This document shows positions 8,075 to 12,778 of a DNA stretch of 12,778 bases, piece by piece. Every line of letters starts with the position of its first letter. Positions within the stretch are counted from its first letter, which is position 1. The DNA comes from Pseudomonadota bacterium (lineage in GTDB: Bacteria; Bdellovibrionota_B; Oligoflexia; Oligoflexales; CAIMVM01): NCBI GenBank assembly GCA_037142195.1, contig JBAXBA010000096.1, positions 1 to 12,778 of the forward strand. Direction: 5' to 3'. The notes beneath the pieces were generated by a model, which saw nothing but the letters and a program-made list of their open reading frames with translations, did not search any database and was not told where the DNA came from. The position numbers and the translations under genes are program-made.

Positions 8075-8301
8075 GGTTCGAGCACGAAACATGCTAAACC
8101 CTCACCTTGAGAACTCCTGATCTTACCCGGTAAAAACGGACACGACTCAGAGTGTAGTAGCAATAGACATTGTACGATTTCCAGCGATTTTCTAGGTTGA
8201 CAGCTGCAGCCGCCCATATTTATAGCAAACTTGCTTTGGTTTTATTGATCGGATAAATTGATCAAGGCAGAACTATGATTAAACCTACAAAATTAGCAAT
8301 G

Positions 8302-8613
8302 CTAGCCCGCTTTTTTGTGTTTTATTGAATTTGAATCAATCTTAGCTTTTCCGCCTACCACGACCAAAACTCGTAAAAGCAGATCTGTTGATACATTCCC
8401 GATATCTCTATTGACTATTCGGCTAATATTGGCCTGAGAGGTGCCCACACGCTCGGCGAGGGAAGCTTGGGTCCATCCTAAAAGAGCGGTCTTTTTCCCG
8501 ATTTCGAGGCACATTGCAACCCGAAAATTAGCAATAAGCAATTCTTCTTGAGATAATCCTGCAGCAGCAAAAAACTCGTCTGAGCTTTTAAATTTTACCG
8601 ATTTAGTCGCCAT
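8302..8613 (-). CDS. higA: XRE-family HTH antitoxin (HigA-like)
   Basis: WTQASLAERVGTSQANISRIVN..VSTDLLLRVL HTH. RBS AAGGAG; overlaps the toxin stop by 11 nt. Confidence 0.85.
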   Translation of the reverse strand: MATKSVKFKSSDEFFAAAGLSQEELLIANFRVAMCLEIGKKTALLGWTQASLAERVGTSQANISRIVNRDIGNVSTDLLLRVLVVVGGKAKIDSNSIKHKKAG

Positions 8614-8929
8614 CTAGAAACTCCTTAATTCTGCGTTTTACGAGATCAACTTCGCTTTTAGGCGTTTTTTGTGTCTTCTTGTGAAAACAATGGGGAACAA
8701 AAATCTTTCCCTTGACTATAATGACATAAAAAATGCGATATATGCCGTGCTTGTCGCTAATTCGAAGTTCGTGGCAGCCAGGCCAAATCGTAGGCATGGG
8801 TCTAGATAGGGGCATTGAAAGCTTCTCGCCGAACTCAAGGAAAACAAAGGCTTCCTTAGCCTGAGTTAGGACAAAGATTGGAAACTTTTCCATTACTTTT
8901 AGTGCAGCACGATGAACCTCAATCGCCAT
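8603..8929 (-). CDS. higB: RelE/ParE (Gp49/HigB-like) type II toxin
   Basis: LSMPLSRPMPTI.PGCHELRI....IYRIFY...HCFHKKTQKTP. ATG 8929 after GGAGGAG is preferred to the TTG at 8977, which lies in the -35 box. Toxin-first gene order. Confidence 0.88.
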   Translation of the reverse strand: MAIEVHRAALKVMEKFPIFVLTQAKEAFVFLEFGEKLSMPLSRPMPTIWPGCHELRISDKHGIYRIFYVIIVKGKIFVPHCFHKKTQKTPKSEVDLVKRRIKEFLDGD

Positions 8930-8948
8930 ACACTCCTCCGAACACCTT

Positions 8949-8977
8949 AATATGCTATAAATAGCATAACTAGTCAA
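8949..8977 (-). promoter_or_regulatory. higBA-like promoter with palindromic operator
   Basis: TTGACT (8977-8972), 17 bp, CATATT (8954-8949). Perfect inverted repeat TATGCTAT-aa-ATAGCATA at 8951-8968; extra half-site TATGCTAT at 9005-9012. Confidence 0.75.
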
Positions 8978-9345
8978 TGGTTTTCTGATAGGACATCACT
9001 CTGCTATGCTATCTTACGCGAAGTCAGGGCATGTGATTGCCAGTTCCCACTTTACCAATCGACACTTTTTTACGAATTGGCGAGAACACTTGCGGTCTGT
9101 GAAAATCGAATTGAAGCCAATAAAGCAGTCCTCTGTACTTCCTGCCTATCCTAAACCACCCCGAACCAGGGAGCAGGAATCCCTTCCATAAAAGGTCTTA
9201 AAATGTGCTTGCCACCTACGGGAACTATTCAAGCAACAGTTGCCCGCGGAACGAAAATTCGTCCACATACCAAACAAAGCCCATAAAATGGCTCAGTGGG
9301 ATATATCAATAAGTTGACCTCCAACTCGACAGCAGGGTTTAATTC

Positions 9346-10731
9346 TCAATCGCGAGGGGGTTTAAGGCCCTTATCCAGCCATTTATTGAGCTGCGCTTCT
9401 GTAATTCCCAGACCAATAATAGCGCCCGCATGAAGCGTGTTTAAATCAGCCAGCGTCATGGCCGTAAATTTCGCAACATCCTTTATGTCGTACTGTTGGC
9501 AAAACTCTTCAATCAAGTTTTCTGCTAGTTTGCCATGTAAGCCTTTCTTGACGACCAGCCCCATAATTTCTTTTCGCTGCTGTCTGAACTGAATGCGGAA
9601 AGCATCAATTTCACCCAGAGATTTTTTGACAACACCATATTGCTCACAGGAGCGCAGATATGCCCAAGAAAAAAGATCTAGCATAGGCGAGACGTTGTTT
9701 TTTTCGTATACCGTTAGCAACGCCGCTGCGTAATCATCTCTTGAGACATCGGTAAAGCTAAGCGGGCACAAATTTTCTTTGATAAAGGGTATATTGCAGC
9801 TCATGCGTGAGGTGCGCTTGTTTACATCTTCAAAGGCTTGCAAATAGGAAAGATGCACCAGTAAAAAGAAGCTTTGCTCGAATGGGTCTTCGATCTTCCG
9901 TGCTTTGAATAAAATGAGCTCGAATAGCTCTTTGAGTTGATGAGGATTGTTCAGCGGCTTATAATTGGATTGTCCAATATCTACTTCAACGGATCTGATA
10001 TTGCCGCAAGCCTCAGGGTTTGCCAGCAAATCCTGCGAAAGAAGATGGTGCAGATTGCGAATGGTCAGGCTGTTCAGTTCAATATCTTGCGCGTTTTCCA
10101 CTAAGAACAAGATGGCTTCTTTGTGGTTCATAATCATCACGGTTTCTTCGTGGACTTTGCCTTCTGCTGCAATGCCTTCCTCGACCAGCTTTTGAGTATC
10201 GAGCTGTGAGTAGGTGTTGCCCTCCAGACGGCTCGAATTATAGGACAGGTCTATGAGTAGGCGCTGGCAGATTTGTCGCGCGTAGGTGCCAGCCGCCAAT
10301 ACCCTGTCAAAGCGTTTACCTTCCTTAAATAGCTGCCTTCTTACCTTTTCAGGGACATACACGGTTTTGTTTGGGACATAGCTGTCTATAAAATCACGGT
10401 TATAGGACATTTTTTCCCTGGCATGGCGAGGCGTGTCCAAAAATTTAAGTAAATTTTGGCTCTTCAGGCTAAAAATATCATGAGTTTTGTCCCTTATTTG
10501 TCCCTTATTTTCTTTTTTGGCCCTATTTAAGGGGTAATACTTTCTGGCTTTTTTATCGCCTATTTTAAGTATGAGTCCAGCATCCGATAGGCTGACCAGG
10601 CGTCGCTGCATGGTCTTGTTATTGCCAGAAAATACTATCAATTCTGAAATTTGGCTAATGGACAATCCTTCTGGATTTTTCTCAAGAATGGCTAGGATTT
10701 CCTCTATTTTTCTTTGCGCTTCTGATGCCAT
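9346..10731 (-). CDS. fic: Fic family protein with N-terminal wHTH and non-canonical Fic motif
   Basis: N-terminal wHTH (GLSISQISE..KTMQRRLVSLSDAGLI..GDKKARKY), SSRLEGN helix, and motif YLQAFEDVNKRTSR. RBS GAGAGG. Confidence 0.88.
   Translation of the reverse strand: MASEAQRKIEEILAILEKNPEGLSISQISELIVFSGNNKTMQRRLVSLSDAGLILKIGDKKARKYYPLNRAKKENKGQIRDKTHDIFSLKSQNLLKFLDTPRHAREKMSYNRDFIDSYVPNKTVYVPEKVRRQLFKEGKRFDRVLAAGTYARQICQRLLIDLSYNSSRLEGNTYSQLDTQKLVEEGIAAEGKVHEETVMIMNHKEAILFLVENAQDIELNSLTIRNLHHLLSQDLLANPEACGNIRSVEVDIGQSNYKPLNNPHQLKELFELILFKARKIEDPFEQSFFLLVHLSYLQAFEDVNKRTSRMSCNIPFIKENLCPLSFTDVSRDDYAAALLTVYEKNNVSPMLDLFSWAYLRSCEQYGVVKKSLGEIDAFRIQFRQQRKEIMGLVVKKGLHGKLAENLIEEFCQQYDIKDVAKFTAMTLADLNTLHAGAIIGLGITEAQLNKWLDKGLKPPRD
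10486..10510. repeat. 11-bp tandem repeat inside the Fic gene linker
   Basis: TTTGTCCCTTA twice, followed by TTT. Confidence 0.7.
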
Positions 10732-10744
10732 GGTTGCCTCTCAC

Positions 10745-10832
10745 CAAAAATGTCCATTAAATCAGCGTACATGATTTAATGGACATTTCCAAGCGATTTA
10801 TGGGACATGTTTATATTTAATGGACATTTTTG
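10745..10832 (-). promoter_or_regulatory. Operator array upstream of minus-strand Fic gene
   Basis: Perfect 17-bp inverted repeat AAATGTCCATTAAATCA (10748-10764) / TGATTTAATGGACATTT (10772-10788). Further copies at 10797-10808 and 10815-10832. Possible promoter TTGGAA-17-TACGCT with the -10 in the loop. Confidence 0.75.
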
Positions 10833-10862
10833 TTGCTAAGGAATGGGGTAAAAAGTATTGCC

Positions 10863-10890
10863 TGACAGATATTAGGCCTAATATAAGTCA
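10863..10890. repeat. Palindrome between divergent Fic genes
   Basis: TGACag-ATATTAGGCCTAATAT-aaGTCA, with a perfect 16-bp core at 10869-10884. Confidence 0.6.
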
Positions 10891-10935
10891 CCATATATAT
10901 TACTAAAAATGACATAGCAAAGCTTTCAAGGAGAC

Positions 10936-11027
10936 TTATCGGCATGTTGTGCTTGATTTATATGCATATTATCGGCATTATGAGGTATATAAAAAACTCC
11001 GATATTGAGCGTATATCATGCCGACAA
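10936..11027 (+). promoter_or_regulatory. Operator repeats/promoter of plus-strand Fic gene
   Basis: TTATCGGCAT at 10936-10945 and 10969-10978; inverted copy ATGCCGACAA covers the start codon (11018-11027). TTGATT (10953-10958), 17 bp, CATTAT (10976-10981). Confidence 0.6.
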
Positions 11028-12118
11028 ATTTTAAACCCATTTACTCCATATCTCAGAATATTGCGAAAAGTCTTATGAGAATTGAGGCATCGAAAGAAAA
11101 GGTCAACTTCCTTCCGGTGAATCCAACAGTGCTTGCGTCATTACGTGAAACTGCAAAGCTTTATACAACACACTACTCGACCATGATAGAAGGGAATCAG
11201 TTAAATCCTCATGAAATCAAAGAGGTCATTTCGCTTAAAGGGCACTTTCCAGGTAGAGAACGCGACGAGCTTGAAGTCAAAGGATATTACGCAGCACTCG
11301 CGCAAGCAGAGCAGTATGCCTCACAAAACCATCCCATTACCGAAAAGGTGATTCAAACCCTACATGCGCTGGTTATGAGTGATGGAAGAGCTCGTCTAAA
11401 GCCAACACCTTACAGAGATAGCCAAAACGTGATCAAAGACAGCGCCACAGGAAGCATTATATATATGCCGCCAGAAGCCAAAGATGTACCTAGTCTTATG
11501 CGCAATTTAGTCTCATGGATCCAAGAAAATCAAGAGCTACCGTTTCCGATGATTGCTGGTATTGCACATTACCAGTTTGCAACCATTCACCCCTATTACG
11601 ACGGCAATGGGCGAACGAGTCGATTGCTCACGAGCTTGATTTTGCACCTTGGCGGGTATGACTTGAAAGGTCTGTATTCCCTTGAAGAGTATTACGCTAA
11701 AAATTTAATTGCCTACTACCGAGCCATCAGTATTGGTCCATCTCATAACTATTATTTTGGAAGAGCTGAAAGCGATATCACGTCTTGGGTCGAATATTTT
11801 ACCGAAGGTATGGCATTTTCTTTCGAGAAAGTAGTAGCTCAAATGATGGCTAGCCATGAGAAGGGCGAAAAAGATCACTCGCAACTTTTACGCAGTCTGG
11901 ATCCAAAGAAGCGTAAAGCTCTAGAACTATTTAAAGGCTATGAGGTCGTTACCGCCAAACAATTAGGCGACCTTTTTGGTTTTCAACCTAGAACGAACGC
12001 CGCGCTTTGTAAAAAGTGGCTTGAGGATGGTTTTTTAGAAATCGTCAATCCTTCCAATAAAGCCAGAACCTATAGACTGGCGGAGTCTTTTCAAATTATC
12101 GTTAAGGACGGCGCCTGA
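11018..12118 (+). CDS. fic: Class II Fic (AMPylase-type) protein with C-terminal wHTH
   Basis: Canonical HPYYDGNGRTSR motif (His191), N-terminal inhibitory STMIEGN, and C-terminal wHTH (VTAKQLGDLFG..WLEDGFLEI..KARTYRL). Confidence 0.93.
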   Translation: MPTNFKPIYSISQNIAKSLMRIEASKEKVNFLPVNPTVLASLRETAKLYTTHYSTMIEGNQLNPHEIKEVISLKGHFPGRERDELEVKGYYAALAQAEQYASQNHPITEKVIQTLHALVMSDGRARLKPTPYRDSQNVIKDSATGSIIYMPPEAKDVPSLMRNLVSWIQENQELPFPMIAGIAHYQFATIHPYYDGNGRTSRLLTSLILHLGGYDLKGLYSLEEYYAKNLIAYYRAISIGPSHNYYFGRAESDITSWVEYFTEGMAFSFEKVVAQMMASHEKGEKDHSQLLRSLDPKKRKALELFKGYEVVTAKQLGDLFGFQPRTNAALCKKWLEDGFLEIVNPSNKARTYRLAESFQIIVKDGA

Positions 12119-12164
12119 GGACCTGTTGCTTCAAAATCATGATGAAAACATTTGATAGCAATGA

Positions 12165-12201
12165 AACCCGCAAAGTACACCGCAAAGTACACTGGCGGGT
12201 T
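12165..12201. repeat. 12-bp tandem repeat enclosed by an inverted repeat
   Basis: CCGCAAAGTACA twice (12168-12191); AACCCGC 12165-12171 / GCGGGTT 12195-12201. Confidence 0.6.
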
Positions 12202-12453
12202 AAAGGTTAAATTCGGCGAGGGCTAAAATTGCGGAGCGAATCGTCCGCTGAGCAGAAATTGGCTTTGGTTGATGACGCAAAAACAAAAATTATAGCCGCG
12301 AACGCATGGTAGTTTTGCCAGTCAGGAGTTATTCTTGTTTTGGTTGGCAAGCAACCCCCGAATCCCTACTGCTACATGAAGCCTATGCAAACTTGCGTGT
12401 AAAAGCTTATTGTTCATTTCCCATTTCATCGATTAGACAGGATGGTAAGACTT

Positions 12454-12778
12454 GTGATGATAGGAATAGGCGCTATTATCGAAATTGCTCAAAATCGATA
12501 ATAAGGGCTTTGGGATTAGTTTGGGTGATGCTAACAGGAGTCGCTATTATCGAAAATTAACATATTCGATAATAAGTGGTATCCTCTATTTCTGGGCAAG
12601 AATGGCACTAAATGGACATAGAGCAACCACCAAGCGGTTGGGTGATGATAGGAAATGGCGTTATTATCGAAATTGCTCAAAATCGATAATAAGGGCTTTG
12701 GGATTGGTTGGGGGTGATGCTAGCAGGAGTCGCTATTATCGAAAATTAACATATTCGATAATAAGTGGTATCCTCTAT
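12454..12778. repeat. Array of four palindromic units in a ~189-bp AB-AB direct repeat, truncated by the window edge
   Basis: 12454-12589 is nearly duplicated at 12642-12778. TATTATCGA-N12-TCGATAATA occurs at 12474, 12545, 12662 and 12734, each preceded by GTGATG-N11-CGY. Confidence 0.9.

Noticed and set aside
8073..8102. Rho-independent terminator after the second ATPase
   Set aside because: An imperfect stem (AGGGTT..AGCA/TGCT.AACCCT) is present but has no U-tract.
9006..9191. 61-aa ORF between the TA pair and the Fic gene
   Set aside because: No RBS or recognisable similarity.
12306..12560. 84-aa ORF
   Set aside because: No RBS or recognisable motif, and it runs through the palindromic repeat.
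12454..12778. CRISPR array
   Set aside because: Spacers are near-duplicates and uneven in length, repeat loops alternate, and no cas genes are visible.

Overview
Bacterial accessory island made of small, independently promoted toxin-antitoxin, stress or defence-type modules. No integrase, transposase or RNA gene is visible. Left to right: the 5' part of an unannotated minus-strand gene running off the left edge; about 1 kb of AT-rich non-coding DNA; a 485-codon SEC-C/Xre-MbcA-ParS-like gene broken by two in-frame stops; an AAA_14/DUF4143-type ATPase; a coupled pair of a wHTH/degenerate nucleotidyltransferase fusion and a DUF6036-type nucleotidyltransferase; two converging gene remnants (DUF1016 N-terminus, AlbA_2/RecG-like fragment); a second AAA_14/DUF4143 ATPase with Walker B DE changed to DQ; a toxin-first RelE/ParE-XRE (higBA-like) pair; and two divergent Fic genes, one canonical and one with a non-canonical motif. 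At the right edge is a non-coding array of four palindromic units in an AB-AB 189-bp higher-order repeat that runs off the window. Almost every module has its own repeat or operator motif overlapping a sigma70-like promoter. All family calls come from motif recognition by eye; no database searches were run.
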